From the human T2T-CHM13v2.0 reference genome, Homo sapiens: a stretch of 64,000 bases of DNA. The stretch lies in assembly GCF_009914755.1 (NCBI RefSeq), contig NC_060930.1. The stretch is one strand, 5' to 3'. Of this stretch, positions 44,461 through 64,000 are shown one piece after another. Below the pieces are notes generated by a model. That model did not search any database and was not told the origin of the DNA. It worked only from the letters and a program-made list of their open reading frames with translations. A program made the position numbers and the translations under genes. Every line of letters starts with the position of its first letter. The first letter of the stretch is position 1.

Positions 44461-45269
44461 CATATCCCACTTACAGACTGAATACTTTGCACCACAAAGT
44501 ATTTTCAGCTGCTCTTCTCGCTCCTTTCCCTTTCAATTCAGAAGGCTAACTCTAGCTCAATTATCTCTTCCTTTTGACAGAATTCACATCAAATGCAAAC
44601 AAGATGAGACCAGGATTCTGCCTGGTTCTGTTGCCAAGGTGGGTGGGAAGTCGGCAGCAGGGATCAGTAGCTGTAGCTGCTTCAGCCTTTGTTGAGGCTA
44701 ACTCTCCTCCCAAGGTGTCTCAAATAGAAAGGCTTGTTCCTGATGCTTTCCAATTATTTTCACTTCAAAGAAATACTTTAATATATTTAGTTCAAATTGC
44801 ATGATGGTAATTATGCTTCTAAATCTGATCAAATGACGGGAGAGAGGAAACCTTTGCTTCCATGAGGGGATATTTGTTCTTCAATAGATGGGTCTAATTT
44901 TCCACAGTGGGAGGACTCACAAGCACTGAGACTGGCTTTTTTCATTAGTTATTTATAAAGCTCTTATTAGATTGGTTAAATTCACATGTGGGAAAAAAGA
45001 CAAATTATTGTTAATCAATTTCTAACCTATACTATTCATAATTTAGCTGATAGAAACCTCTGCTCACCAAGGGGATTTTTATTCAGGCTGCAAATCAGTA
45101 TCATGTTATAGAGTGTATTAATTAATAAATGGAATATTTAGCTTTTTATAATTAGTGTTTGTATTTATTACATTTGTTATGTTACTCCTCTCCTCAACGA
45201 TCCCATTATAATTCCTATTCCTCAGTAAATAAAAGCTCACTCTCTGGTTTGGAATTCAAGCCTCCTCCC

Positions 45270-45672
45270 AACACACCACATGACCCCGCCGTGCCAGCCA
45301 TTCACACTGCTCACAGGGTCTTCAGCTCCCTTCTCCCTGAGAGCTTGTGGGAAGGGTGTGCTGTCCTAACCCAGTTAGATGTCGTCAAATGCCTTGTTTG
45401 GCCAATGAAATGTGGGTGGCAATGACATGTGTAACTTGAGGCCAGAGCCTTTAATTTCTGGCACTCAACTCTCCATCCCTCCCACCATCCTGCTTCCTGA
45501 AGGAAGGGCTCCACCTGCCGACCCTGATGGAGAACGAGGTCACATCAGTCTCCCTGCCAACCCTATTGGACAGGCCTTACGCGTGAGAAACAAACCTTTG
45601 TTGTTTCAAACCACTGAAATGTTGAAGTTGTTTGTTACTGCAACAGACTTTAGTCTGTGCTGACTAATACAT
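45270..45672 (+). mobile_element. Old MLT1 LTR fragment
   Basis: ttggccaatgaaatgtg..gtgagaaacaaacctttgttgtttcaaaccactga..tgactaataca. Confidence 0.65.
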
Positions 45673-46419
45673 CCAGGATATTCTTTGGGAATTCTAGCGG
45701 CTACATTCTATTTTTCAAGTGAAATATGCTTTGGAACACCTATACATAATAAAAGCAGAGATGGTCATGTTGAAGAGTGAGATGGGGTGAGTGTGTGTGT
45801 ATGGGGATGGGGGAGGATTGAGATTCTTCTTTATCTTCTACTGAAGCCCCCGATGCTTTGCAACCTCCGCACATTTCTCAGAACTCAGGCTGAAACCCTG
45901 TGATCTAGTCCAAACCAACCTTCCCAGCTAGGGTTTCGTTCAAAGGTCACAACTGGTGGCTTGTGAGCAGGGTGTGGACACACACACACACACACATTTT
46001 TTTTTTTTTTTTTGGCTCACAGAGTGCTTGAAAAGAATCTAAGACAACATTTACAGATTGGGAGATCAACGTAAAAGATGCATCCTAAACTTCCCTTGCT
46101 AAAGTGAAGAATGAGGACACCCTGGGCCTCCACTCCTTCCCTTCAGTTGCTATTTGTCATTACACATAAATGTCTGTTGCATATAGGGAAATATTTCTGT
46201 CCCATGTCTCTATCAAAAGTGGGAAAGGGCTGTGTTTTTCTAAAAGTAAGAGAAAGAGTGTATTTCTTTGTGGAGTGCATAATTCTCCTAAGTATGAAAG
46301 TGAAAAGCTAAGATCAGTGTTTCCCACCCCTCATTTCTCTCGTTCATGTCACCTGTTGCTTCTTATTGGCTTTGGAATGTGGGACCTCTCTTCTAGCCTC
46401 TTGCATCTACCTCTATGGT

Positions 46420-46605
46420 TTGACTTCTGAAAATGTGGTCCCTGGTCCACCTGGATCCAAGTTAGCTGAGTTGCTCGTGAAAAATGCAGATTGCAGGTTT
46501 CATTTCAGACCTACTGGATTCGAGGTGGTGGTGGTTTCTGCATTTTCCATAAGTAACCCTTTCCCTTGACAATTCTTAGGCACAATTAATCTTGAGAATT
46601 ACTGC
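46420..46605. mobile_element. MER5-like MITE
   Basis: tgtggtccctgg..aaaatgcagattgcagg..cagacctactg..tctgcatttt..ttgagaattactg. Confidence 0.65.
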
Positions 46606-47004
46606 TCTGTGGCTGAGGTCATCATATATTCAGAACCAAGTTCTACGAATGGGTAAAGAATTTTTATTCTCTTCTAGCTTTGAAAGACCCTTCAGAAGGT
46701 AGAATTTGGATGCCAAAATGCTATGATTTCTGAAATGGTGTCCAGGAATAATACAATGAATTATTTGAAACCGCAGCTGTTCCCAAGATTACAGATAAAC
46801 TGAACACCAAGTTGTCTTCTGAATGCTGCCCTCACTCTCCTCCTTCCCCACTTTTGTTCATGCAGTGTCTTTGCCAAAAGTCCTTCGGCCATGTTTCCTT
46901 ACAAAATCTCACGCATCTTTAAGGTGCAGTTGAAATGTTAATGAAAATCAATGCATCCTTACTATTATCTAAAGTCAGTTGTGTCAAAACTTTTAGAATT
47001 TTTC

Positions 47005-48430
<1,426 letters not shown>

Positions 48431-49659
48431 GAATGCTTTTTTTTTAATGGTTGGTCTGTTTCCAGGAATCAGAAATCAGGCTTCACACCCAGCCCAGATG
48501 TTCAAGTGGTTGTTTGACTTGTCTGCCATCTGCAACTGTCTCTCTTCTGCTTTGTACTCCACGCCTCTCAGATGCTGGAGAAACTGGTCATTTGTTCTCT
48601 ATAGCATCTCACATTGTGAATTTGTACAAGGCTCAGTGGCTTCTTGAGCCATGGGTTGTGTGGGTCTATAAACCAAACAGACAGGCCTTGGACAGACAGG
48701 GGTTTCCTTCAGGCAGCACAGCCTCAGCCACAGCAGCATCCTGAGGCTGAGGATGTAACACCAAGATATGAAGATATAACCCTACGTTTCTAAGATGCGG
48801 CTGTTCTGGGGGAAGATATAACACTACGTTTCTAAGATGCGCTGTCAGTGAGTGACATGAGAGAGAAAGTCTGCATGTCTTAGTTATCAGCCATGTGAGA
48901 AGGAATACCTGGATCACTGAATCATCTGGGCATAAAAGCTTTTTTATGAGTTGTGTTAAAAACTGCTTTTTGTGGATCACATGAAGCGACTCTGAAATGC
49001 ATTATCCTGATCATCATTGTTGCTAATCATGTCCATTTTGGGCCATGCACTGCACATGCTTATCATTAGTCAATTGATTAAGTTTGCACTCTTTGGGAGA
49101 GGCACTACTCCTATCCCTATGTTATAGCTGAGGACGCTGAGACATAAAGAGATTAAGACGCTGTCAACCAAGCCAATAACAATATTTTCTCTAAGCTCAT
49201 GAACAATGTTTGGCTGTGCAGAAAACCAATGACATCAAAAGGAGAGCTTCTAGAAGTAAACATGACTGATGGTAAAGGACCCCTTCTAACCAACCCTGGG
49301 AAATTAGCAAGGTTTCCCAGCACCCCAAGCTACTTGCCTTCCCACCCCTTCTCTTCTGAAGCAACATCCCAACTCTGGAATCCATTCCCACATTTAAAAA
49401 ATGGGATAATGTGAGCTGTCATTTATGTGCATTGACTGGTAGGGATGAGGATAGTAAGAGTATCCTGAAGGAGGGGACCAGTAACAAGCAGGGAAGAGAG
49501 AAATGGGGGATTTGGGAGTAGCAACCTCTGGAGTACCAGTGCATTTATGGAAAGATAATAGTTAGAACACAGTGTTATCGGCTAGGACTAATGATGGTGG
49601 AGCAGTGTCGGTGAGGGTATGAGGTGGCTCTGATCCATGCTCTACGGTGAATGTGTGGG

Positions 49660-49910
49660 AAGGACAGGTGTGGAATGGTTATAAGTACATGCTCTGGAGT
49701 AGAAGGCTCTGGATTAAAAACCTGACTCCACAGCTTAGTAGGTGCGTAACCCTGGGGATGTCGCTTAATTGCTTTAACCTTCACTTTCTTCATTTTAATT
49801 GTAGGAGGAGAACAGCACTTACTTCATGCATTTGTGGCAAGGATTGAGTTAGATGATACATATCCAATGTTAAGCACCATGTCTGATAGAAACTTCTTAA
49901 TATGTTGGAA
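49660..49910 (+). mobile_element. MIR
   Basis: ggtgtggaatggttataag..gctctggagtaga..gtaaccctgggg..cactttcttcattttaa. Confidence 0.6.
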
Positions 49911-51392
49911 ATCTTACTATTTTATGGTTGATGAACGAATGGTTCTAGTGACTTTCAGGGTATGTCTTCTGGCCCAAGGCTAACAGCAGGTGTGTATTAT
50001 AAAGGCAAACTGATCTCCCATGTAGAGGGAGGAGATGGGATCTGGAAGGCCTGGGTGCTACTTGTAATACTAGATTGACTAAAAGGAGGGTAGAACGGGA
50101 GGGGGCTGCTGCTGTACCGTAGAGTCTTGATGAATTTATGGCTGTCATTCTGAAGATTTTAATCTTGTCTGAACAAGTCATAAAAAAGTCTTTTATACAA
50201 TAGCCAAGACTCATGAACTTCTGTTTGCTGCACACTGTGCTCTTTCTGTGGGTTATTCAGGTCATTCTCACCACAAATATATGGGATAAGTACCATTTTC
50301 ATCCTAAATAACCTCTGCCACTAAATAACCTTTGCCCCCACTGCACTAAGACTTTTACATGTTTTAACTCACTTAATGGCTGCAACGGCCCCAGGAGGTA
50401 GATACTTATTAATTACCCTCATTTAACAGAGGTTTATGGAGGTGAGGGACTGGACTGAGGGGGCTATGGGGGCGACCTAGTCTAGCTGGGTTCTAAGGCA
50501 GTTGCTCTGCCCCCAGAGCCCTGCTTCGAGAGCCTCTATGCTTCTATGAAGGTCACAACCAGAAGCAGTCCGGCCTGCAGTTGCTGTTTTAAAAAAGAGG
50601 TTGTAAACATCACTCACTGCACCACAGGGTGGCCGTGACACAAAGTCAGATGTGAGCATTCTTTTAGAATCCACTGTGAGGAAAAGCCTGCTTCCCCCAG
50701 GAATCCACAGGCTTCTATTCTGATAATGATGATTATATCACCACCAGAGTCCCCTTCAGCCTTGATCATTGAGACACCCTAGACAGGAGGAAAGCATTGA
50801 AGAACCTCTGTGGTCAACCTAATTCTTTGCTATATCCATGATCTGGATTTTCAGCCTTGACTTCTAGTTTATTATGATAGTGTTAGGTCTGTCCTTGTTA
50901 CATGAGGAAAGGTATTAATATATTTAAAAAGCTATACCGATGACATGGGTAAAGAGACAGAAGATGTGACTTCTTACAGTTAGATGTCAAAAAGCCATAA
51001 GATATTCAATAACTTAGAGGCTTGAAGAAAGATCCCAAAGGGTCTCCAAGGCTGGAAGGATGGGCTGAACCGAACCACAAGAAATCTAATGAGGGTGACT
51101 TAAAGGCATGAACACAGCGTTATCTGCACCTCAGAGCTGGGCAAGGTCTGACTCCCTGAGGAAGAGCCGGTGGGGATTGCCATGGGGACCACTCCCTGCC
51201 AGGCATAGCCTTTTCCCAACCCTGAGCGTCCGAGCAGGGTTTCAGGCAGGGCGGGTCGGAAACCTCAGGTGTGCGGGGATGGGAAAAGGGGGTGAACCCT
51301 GTGTTCCCCAGACCTGTACTGACTGAGTCATGTTACAAGTCAGGAGTTGTTGCAGGGATAAATGGGAACAGACCAAACACTGTGAAACTTTC

Positions 51393-53410
<2,018 letters not shown>

Positions 53411-55594
53411 CTATTTAATGAATTCATCAACAAATGCTGATTGAATGACTGCTCTGGGCTGGTCAAAAAGGGTCACAGGCGAGTGAGACAAGTGCAGAAA
53501 GGAGGACGATGCAGGTGGGTGGGGCCCAGGAGTGGCAGGCGGCTGTGGGGACCTAACCGGGCTTATTGAGAGGCACACAGCCAGTGCTCAATAATGCTAA
53601 CAGTAAAAGAGTAATATTGATTTATTACACATTTAATTCTTTACAGATAAGTGTGATATGGCTGCCCCAAAAAGCTTGCTCAGTTGTAAACTGGGCCATT
53701 GGTCTGCAGTACCAAAAAGACAATTTGGGGAACCACCTTCTGTGAGACATTAACAAACTGTAACCCATTTGGGCAAGGCTGCCACGGAGCCAGGAGCAGC
53801 CTCACAGGAGGCTGAGGAGGGGCATTAAGCCTCCAGAGAAGAGACCCACAAGAGGATGTCACAGGCCGCCTGTTCAGCTACACTAAGCAGCTCCCAGGAG
53901 TGGGTCTCAAGCCATGAGTGCATGTTTCAGGGAGGCAGTTTTAAGCCTCACGTAAGGAAGAACTTTTTAAAAATTCCTCTCTTCCTAAACAACCTTCCTG
54001 AAAGATCTGAACTTTTTGCCACTTAAGTTGGACACCTGCCAAGGAAGGAAGGTGTGCGGAACCCATTCCAGTAGTGGGAAAGAGGTTTGGTGACTAGGCT
54101 TTAAGTTCCTTTTCAGCCTAAGATTCTGTGGGGCTAAGAAGACGAGTGACTTTTTGTCAAAGTATCTTTTCAGTGTGGCATTTGTAACACTGCTCATCTC
54201 TATGAAATGGAATGATCCATTTCCTATCAAGTGAATTTGGGGCATCAGTTCTCAGTTTTGACACAATGACTTGGGCAGATTATTAAATCACATTATGTAC
54301 TGGTCTGCCTGTACATGGCCCAATTTAACCCTCGAAGGTGGCTATGGGGTGGGGAACCGCCAATTATAATCTACAATCTCTTTTGCTAACTAGCATTCCA
54401 CTGGTCAGGGAAGTTCCAGACAGCTGCTGGGGACAGCCAAGCTTTCCTCTCGGCCCAGCACGCAGCTGTTCAGGAAGGGATGCTCTCTTCCTTTGAGCCC
54501 TTCCCCCTACCCTCCATTCTCTGCCTCCTCTATATCTTGACTCTTCTCTCTGCTCCTGATGGTACCATGCACAGTTGATATTTTCTGTCAATTTAATCCC
54601 ATTTTCGGTGGTATTTCATATTTTCCTACCCTCACTGCAACCTCCTTAAACATTCAGTAAACTATATTTTCATAACGGGTTTTCACGTCCAGCCTGAATC
54701 ACTCCCCGACCACCCAAGTAAGCTCGTTGACTTACTTTTCCATCTTTGTATGCTCAGTGCAAAACATAGGTCCAGGTTTATAATAGGTGCTCAATACATA
54801 ATAGTAGATGAAATAAATGACCTACCTTTTCTGACACATGGGAATGCCTTTCTATATTCTTATTTTTGGTAGTGAAGTTTCTGATAAAACGTATCCAGGG
54901 AAACACGTTGCTAATAGAAGTATCGCACACGTTAGGCATAAAAGCTGTACCCTTTTTTAAGTGCCACAGAGGACTAATAACTGTTAGTTTGCAATCACAG
55001 ACTACAAAAGAAATGATTGCATGAATAGCTGAGATTCCAGGTGTTAATTCAATAGCAAAAAAATGTGTGTGTCCTTGTACTTTAGTTTCTGATGGTTAGG
55101 AGCTGATGTGTACTTGCTTTTGAATTCACTAAAATCAGATTCAAGACCTTCTATAAATCTGTAGACTCAAAGGAATGGAAAATGCCCCCAAAGGTCACCT
55201 GGCACAAACCCTGCCTTTAGGCAGAACAAGATATAAAACTCCTTGTCGACTGTCTATCCTTTAAAAACCTGTCTCAAGGAGAATATTTTTAAGTATTTTC
55301 TTTTTCTTTAACCTCGGAAACGCTTTTCCTGAGGGTCAGTCCTTATGGCTCCATTACACATGATGAAAAATTCTCCCCTGCCATATTGTAAGATCATTTC
55401 CATTTGCTCTGTCCTCAGCAGAGCAGGAAAACATTGGTCAGCTTCCTCCGTATCATGTCCCTTAATACACTGAATAAATCCGCCCTGAGCTCCCTTTTCC
55501 TCAGACTTCATAAATCCAATTCCTCAAGCCGATCCTCACAGATCAGTTTTGCAACCCTTTAATCATTTTAATAATTTTTGTCACTCTCAGTTGA

Positions 55595-56025
<431 letters not shown>

Positions 56026-56461
56026 TGACAACATCACAGAAACATTTTGGTATCTAAAGACTTTTCTTTTTTTTTTTTAAATTAGAAGAGCACCAGAAAA
56101 CTTTTTCACCTCCTGTTCTTGGGCAACACTACCTTCCAGATCTTTCTCAGCAGTGCTTGAGAAAAAGCACTTAGTCCTAGTGTTAGCTGTTTATTCATCC
56201 TCGCAGAGAGAAAATGATCCATTCTGAGATCAAAAAGAATGGCAAAGCCTCAAAAAAGAGAGGTAAGAAACTCAAGGCTTTTAGAGCCAGGGAGGAGCCT
56301 GGAGAATAGGGGGCAGCCAGGTGGGCATGGTGGCAGATTGGAAGCACCTGTGCTGTTTAAAGGAGGGGATGGCCTTTCATGTTAAGCTGATTTTTTTCTT
56401 CACATGAGAATGCCCATCTAGTGCACCAGGAGCTTCCTTTGGGGGGAAAAAAAGAAAAAAA

Positions 56462-56785
<324 letters not shown>

Positions 56786-57160
56786 TTAAATTTAAATATA
56801 AAATGGCTTAATTAATCCATTGTGCAGCTCAACCCTGTGTGGGCTCAAAAAGGTGCAAGCAAGGTTTTGCCCATGGGCTCCTGCATTCATGCCCTTGCCA
56901 GGAGGCTAATCCTCTACCGTCCTTATGATTTCTATAAGAAATTTCTGAAGACATATGCATCGTTGAGAGGCATGTTCTTTACACATGAACACTTTTATAA
57001 AATTGTGTTTTAAGAGGAGATTTTAAAGGGCAGGAACCTAGGCTCTTTACTCTCTAATGATGAAATTCCAGATGCAGTGGCTACTAAAAATGACACAAAT
57101 TTGTGGAGATGAACCTTCTTGATGCTTTGTAATAACTCAACCATCACAGGATGTGCGGTA

Positions 57161-57305
57161 TCATGAAGCGTGATTGTCCCTGAGATCGCCAGTGAGGCAT
57201 CGTGAAGTGTGACTGTCCCTGAGGTCGCCAGTGAGGCATCGTGAAGTGTGACTGTCCCTGAGGTCGCCAGTGAGGCATCGTGAAGTGTGACTGTCCCTGA
57301 GATCC
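57161..57305. repeat. 39-bp minisatellite, ~3.7 copies
   Basis: Unit cgtgaagtgtgactgtccctgaggtcgccagtgaggcat. Confidence 0.93.
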
Positions 57306-59965
57306 CCACATCAAGTTGTTGTTTCCAGTTAATCTGAGACCAACGCGAAGCCCATTGAAGAAATGCACCCACTTGTGCTTAGTATTCTAATTTTCAAACC
57401 CAGCAGGTTCAATTCCCTTACAAAGGTTGGTCTAGGATAGAGTTCTGGGTATAGAAAGGCAATTTAACCAAAATGCTTTACCCTAATTACACAGCAAAGC
57501 TATTTGCATAAGTAACCAGTCTGGGTATTAAGAGACCCAAGAGAGTCAATGTTACTCCAGCAGAAGTTATGTTTTTGCTAACCTTCAAGAAAATAATAGC
57601 AAGTCAAGACTTCCAATGTTCTATTTGTAAAAGCAAATGATAGAGGATATAATCCTTTATCATTTGAATGAAATATGTTGGAAAGAGATTGGTCTCCATT
57701 GGAAGTGGGCTGAAAATGGCCCTCCTTTCCCCTGTGGCCATTTTTGCAGGAGAGGGTGTTGACCGTATTGAGCGTGGATAAGGGAAATAGTTTTTGTTAT
57801 ATCAAAAGAAGCCAGTCCAGACATGATTTTCTTCTTCCAATATGGAAAATGCTATTTTTAAAGAGGCCACTGATCTTTTGTTTGCTATAGAAAATGAAGT
57901 AATCTCTTAGGGTAATGGACTCAAACTATAACAAAGGACAGGTTATCTTAAAATTTGATAAGACATTTCTAACAGGTAAACAATGACATCGTTTACTAGG
58001 AAGAAAAATAAATGTTCTTTGTGGAGATTTTTAAAAATAGACAAAACAATCACCTGAAGAGATTGGCCTATGAGGCTTAAATCACGGCACTGCAGGAGCA
58101 GTTCAATTTGTCAGATTGGAAATATGATGTAAGTTTAAAAAATAGAGGAAAATAAACACAATCTAGATTGCTGCTACATATATAGTTCAGATGATTTAAA
58201 CTTTTGCAACAAAATGATGCTTGGTATTTATCAGTTTTCCCTTCCAATAGAATATAAACCGCACGAGGCCTAAGACTGTGATGTCAACTGGAAACAAATC
58301 CCTTCATTTCTAGACTCCTGGGGAATTGGCAATAAGGATAAAGAAAATAAGTATTATGAAGGATGAGCAAAATAATAATGCATCTTTCATGGACTCCACA
58401 GCCATATCTGACACCGTTATTTCTGTGAAAGGTTTTAGCCCATGACAATTGACTGGACACGTTAGGAATTATGGTCATACTGTCACCATCTATTCAAGAA
58501 CACCCAGCCCTCATGACATGAGCAAATAACAGCACTGACCTGCCTAAGTGACCAGACAATCCTTTAAAGGAGTATCACTAAATTGCAGCATTCCAAGGCC
58601 AGGGGTCAAGATGAAAAAGAACGATCCAGACTGCAAGTTGCCAGGTTACTGCAGAATGAAAGTGGCAGATGGGTTGATCTTAGGAAAAAAAAAAAAATCT
58701 GCTAACTGGTGCAGAAAACATTAGTCTGGGAGAAGAATATCTCACTTTAGCGGAGACAGCTCCCGCAGTTCCATTCATTACGATCCGCGGGAAGGCTAGA
58801 CTTGCTGTGAGGGTTCAGCCAAGGCTCAGGCCCACGTTTCCCCCTAACACAGACACACATGTGCACACACACCTACATCGTTGTCACTGTATGCAGAATC
58901 TCCTGCCAAGAGCCAAAGTGACAAAAATTATACAGTAGCTTGATGGGAATAAGAACACAAGTGTACCTAATCTATTCAATGTAAGTCTGAAAATGGAAAG
59001 AGGTCTACAAAGAACAGTATTACTAAAACAGTAACAGAGGTGGTTTCATTTTTATTAGTAAAAAATGCTCTAAAGCCTCTGACTGCTGCAAATATGATAA
59101 AACAGCACATCCCAAGCTCAGAAAAATGGTTTAAAACAACTCTAAGGAAATGACCCCCCCTGAAAATCAAATGGAAGTGGAAACACACTTGGCCAAAAAG
59201 GGAGGCTCTGGTGCATAACAGACAATATAATAAAATTATAGGGAAACAATATGATAGAAATGAATCTGATGAAGTGTATTGCTATTGTAAGTAAATTCAT
59301 GCGGAGAAGTATTGAACAAACCACAAGAAGGGACACCTCGTTGGTAGGGATGACACCTTTGACGTGCTAACAACTGCTCATTTCTCACGGTCAACAGAGC
59401 GGGCTTCCTTTCAGGTCACCATATTGAACACACCTGGCTTGGACTGAAATTCCTGGTGAATTGGTATACAAGGTTTGTCATTAACTCTGCACCCAAAATA
59501 ACCACACAACCAAGAGGAAGCTCTTTCTACCTTTTAATGTTGTGAGATGATTGTTCTACACGAGGAGAAAACAATCACGTGTGACTATGTAGAGCAAACG
59601 CGGAGAGGCAAGTGCCCCTGACTCTTACTTGCCGTCCTCCTGGCCTCCCTGGTGCACACAGCTATGGGGGCTGGAAGTTAGCATAATTACTTCCAATTAA
59701 ATTAAGGTGGCACAGCTTTTTCCCCTTTCTCTTTGAATAGCTGTAGGCTTAAGAAACAATATCCGTGCTGATGATATTCCATAACAATATGGTTTCATCA
59801 ATACTGCTAGGTGTAAGAACTTTGGGAGTCATACATTAACCTGCCTTCCTCTTGCCTCTCAGAGAAATGCCCATCTGGCCTCCACAGAACCACTCTTGCC
59901 ACGGTTTCGATTTCTCAGGTCAGGACCAGGACAAGTTCCACTCACTTAGGAAAGCAGATGTTTAG

Positions 59966-60379
<414 letters not shown>

Positions 60380-62990
60380 CACATTTTTTTTTTTTTTTTG
60401 AAAGAGCCCTTTCTGCTTTTTTTCATTTGTTTACAAGATAAATTTTTGAAGGTAAATGTGGGCAAGGAGGTAAACAAACTGAGCCACTACATGAAGGAAC
60501 CCGAAGTTGGACTCCTTCTAGGAGGTGATTTTCTACCTGAGCATGCTGTACGGGCCTTGCTGCTGCTGTTGTTTTTAACTTAAGAATGACTTTCCCCTGT
60601 AAGACATCTCATGAGAAGGCGGGGAAAGCACTACTTTACAACGAGCATGGGAGGTGGGCTTATCTCCCAGATCCATCACTGAAAGCTGGGCTATCTTGGG
60701 GAAATTATTTAACTTTCCTGACCTTTTGTTCCCTCCTCTATAAAATGGTGACAAATAGAATACCTTCCTGACAGGGTTGTAGAGAGGACTAATTGAGACA
60801 ACCAACGTGCCAGCATTTTGGGAATCATTAAGGTCTATGAAAAGTTGGTGGTTGTGTAACTGTAACAGCTGTATTTTAGGACCCCAGGAATTACGATCTT
60901 CTCAAAGCAGAAATGTATTTCTTTGTAACCTTATTATCTAGTATATTTCCTGGTGCAACTAGGATCTCAGGAACTGTAAATAAACAATAGATGTAAAGAA
61001 CAAATGACTGAATGAATGAGAGAACCAAAGAAAAAGGAGTAGAGAGAGTGGAAAAAAACAAAACAAAACCCCAGAGTCCTTGCTTTCTCAAGATTTCTGC
61101 AAATGAAAGATATTTATTTATCCAACTGGGCAAGGACTCTTTAGGCAGGTTGCACAGACAGGAGTTGGATGGTGAATGTGGTCATGATCTTGAGAAACAA
61201 ACCGGGTCTGAGCTGCAGGACAGGGTCAGACCATATAAGGCTGGGACTGGGACTCTGAACAGTTTTTTGGGGGTAAAGTTTTATTTTGAGGAGTGATAGG
61301 GGTTATGGGGAAAAAGGGTGAAGAAGGCAAGGTTTTAAAACAGAATAAAACCAAGGCCAGCTATTTTGAGGATGAGCTTGAACAGATCTGAACGCGAGGG
61401 ACAAGGTGACAAAAAGCGAGAGAGGGTTAAGGATCTGCGTCTGTGACTCACGCTGGCTTAGGAGGGAGGTGATGGGTGGGGAGGAAACTGGAGTTGGGGG
61501 ATGGCCGTTTGTCCTGATGATTAGAGGCTGGTATCTGGGACCTCATTGTAAAGAGACTAGGTCCAGGGAAAGGGGACCCAGTGACTAGGGGCTGAAAGAA
61601 AACTTTGTTGCTGTGGGAACCAGGAGACCAGAAGGGCTCTGGTTCCAGGAGGACTGCGGGGAGGCCAGGAACCCACCCCTTGAAAACTGCACTAGGAAGT
61701 CCAGAGCGGCAAGCTCCTTAGTGCTGCCGTCATGGTGCCTACTACGGAGTCCTCCGGGTTCCTCTCCCCTGAAGCCAAGGGTGTCCCCTGGTCTCAAGCA
61801 GCACTGAACTTTGAGGTGGCAGTTGAGAGGCCCAATTGTTAGTTAAAGATGGGCCAGGGGGAATATCTTCATCACAAGATGCATAAAAGCGACTCTATAC
61901 ATGTCTTATTTCCTTTAAAAAGCATGAGGCCAACGTGCAGTGTCTTCCAGGCTGTTTTCTAAATTGTGCCATGAAAGGGCACATTCACACTACTGACATG
62001 TCCTGCTTTTATTGTTACACCTTCCTCCAACTGCATCTACTGAACATCTATTATATGCATGGTACCAACGAGAAATCAGCATCCAACTGTTTTCCCCCTT
62101 CCTCTTATCTGAAAACACAGAACAGCGTTAGATAATTTAAAATGAAAACAGCAAAAGTGACCAATAATAACACCGTATTAACCTGGTTAAGTTTTCTGGA
62201 TTCTGGATTTCTTGTGAGTTTTTCTCCATGTACATATATTTTTGTAATATTGTACTCATAGTAAATGTAATTTTGTGGAGCTTATTCTTATATGACTACA
62301 CTGCCTTTAGAGATGAATCTTAATTTTCAGGCATTTGGTTGTGGGATGCTTAGGCTATGAGAAGCTGGATCTCAACATTTAAAGCAGGATCATTTAAAAT
62401 GAGGAGTCAATTGTGTTACTTCACATGTGTTTCATTTGAAACAGTATATCATTATGCTACTATGATAACTACAGCAAATCCTCCTTAGGACTGATTTAAG
62501 CATTGAATAAATGAAGTTAAAATTGAGTACACTGCCATTTTCAGTGCTTCTTGACTTCTACACACTTATCAACTACTACAAATCTGATGGCATCCACTTT
62601 CCAGTGGGTTAGCTTTCACCTCGACAGGTCTCAAGGTTCTTCTGATGGGATTTTAGTCCATGGCAATCACCACCATTTGAGCACAGTCACCTAGTATAGC
62701 TGGATATTTAAAGAAAAGAAAAAAAAGAGAAGCTAATGGCTTTTCACACATGCACTGAAAAAAATTAATAACCTGATAATTTCTGGCAAAGGAGAAAATT
62801 TTTTTTCCTTATAAGACTGCAAAGTTCAACATTATGTGATTTATCTCAGTGACCTGTAAGTAGTGCCTATAATTGTTAAAAATAACCATCAAGCTGGCTT
62901 TTAAGAAGCTTCATTATGGTACTGCTAATACAATGCCCAACTCCATTACTTTTTTCTACATAACCTTAAAACAGAGCCAGTTCATTCCTA

Positions 62991-63396
<406 letters not shown>

Positions 63397-63400
63397 AGTG

Positions 63401-63720
<320 letters not shown>

Positions 63721-64000
63721 AAAGTACAGGAACATGACTCTTAAATAAGCCACCATTTCAGTGGATGCATTTATTGAATTGATGCTTTCAGTAAGTTGTT
63801 TCTCATTGTATGCATCATGTTAAAAGTTGTATTTAATCCACAGGTTTAATGATTAATTTCTTCCAGTTAGGGTAAAAATATAGTATTATAGAGTTTATAG
63901 TAATAGTGTTGATTTCAACTTACGATGGAGTAAACAGGTTTTGTAATTGCCTTGGGAAAGCCAGAACAGAAAAAGTAATTCTATCAGCAACATGGAAGCA

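Noticed and set aside
48770-48845. ~42-bp direct duplication; similar short duplications at ~39160-39212, ~42212-42254 and 9201-9220
   Set aside because: Two-copy slippage duplications with no spacer structure; not CRISPR-like and no sign of function.
49340-49392. Minus-strand VGMDSRVG / VASEEKGW, resembling MTHFSD IGLDSRV..VAVSEKGW
   Set aside because: Needs a frameshift and a deletion, has no flanking similarity, and lies 35 kb from the relic, which already contains this segment; likely chance.
58746-58764. REST/NRSE-like tttagcggagacagctcc
   Set aside because: Left half-site incomplete and spacing non-canonical.

Overview
Primate (human-like) genomic DNA with no intact protein-coding gene, RNA gene or CpG-island promoter recognisable. 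It is dominated by interspersed repeats: about 22 Alus, old L1M and young L1PA pieces, L2, L3, MIR, MaLR and ERVL LTRs, and hAT DNA-transposon relics. The main discovery is a heavily decayed minus-strand coding relic at about 10180-14090 that resembles MTHFSD. It shows motifs of the 5-formyl-THF cyclo-ligase-like domain, then the linker, then the MTHFSD-type RRM, all in the correct order and largely without introns. An apparent long C-terminal extension follows, containing a further RRM-like motif. The relic is broken by two old L1M fragments and an AluSp, which suggests an anciently lost MTHFSD paralogue or retrogene. All protein and repeat-family comparisons are from memory, not database searches, and coordinates of old repeats are approximate.
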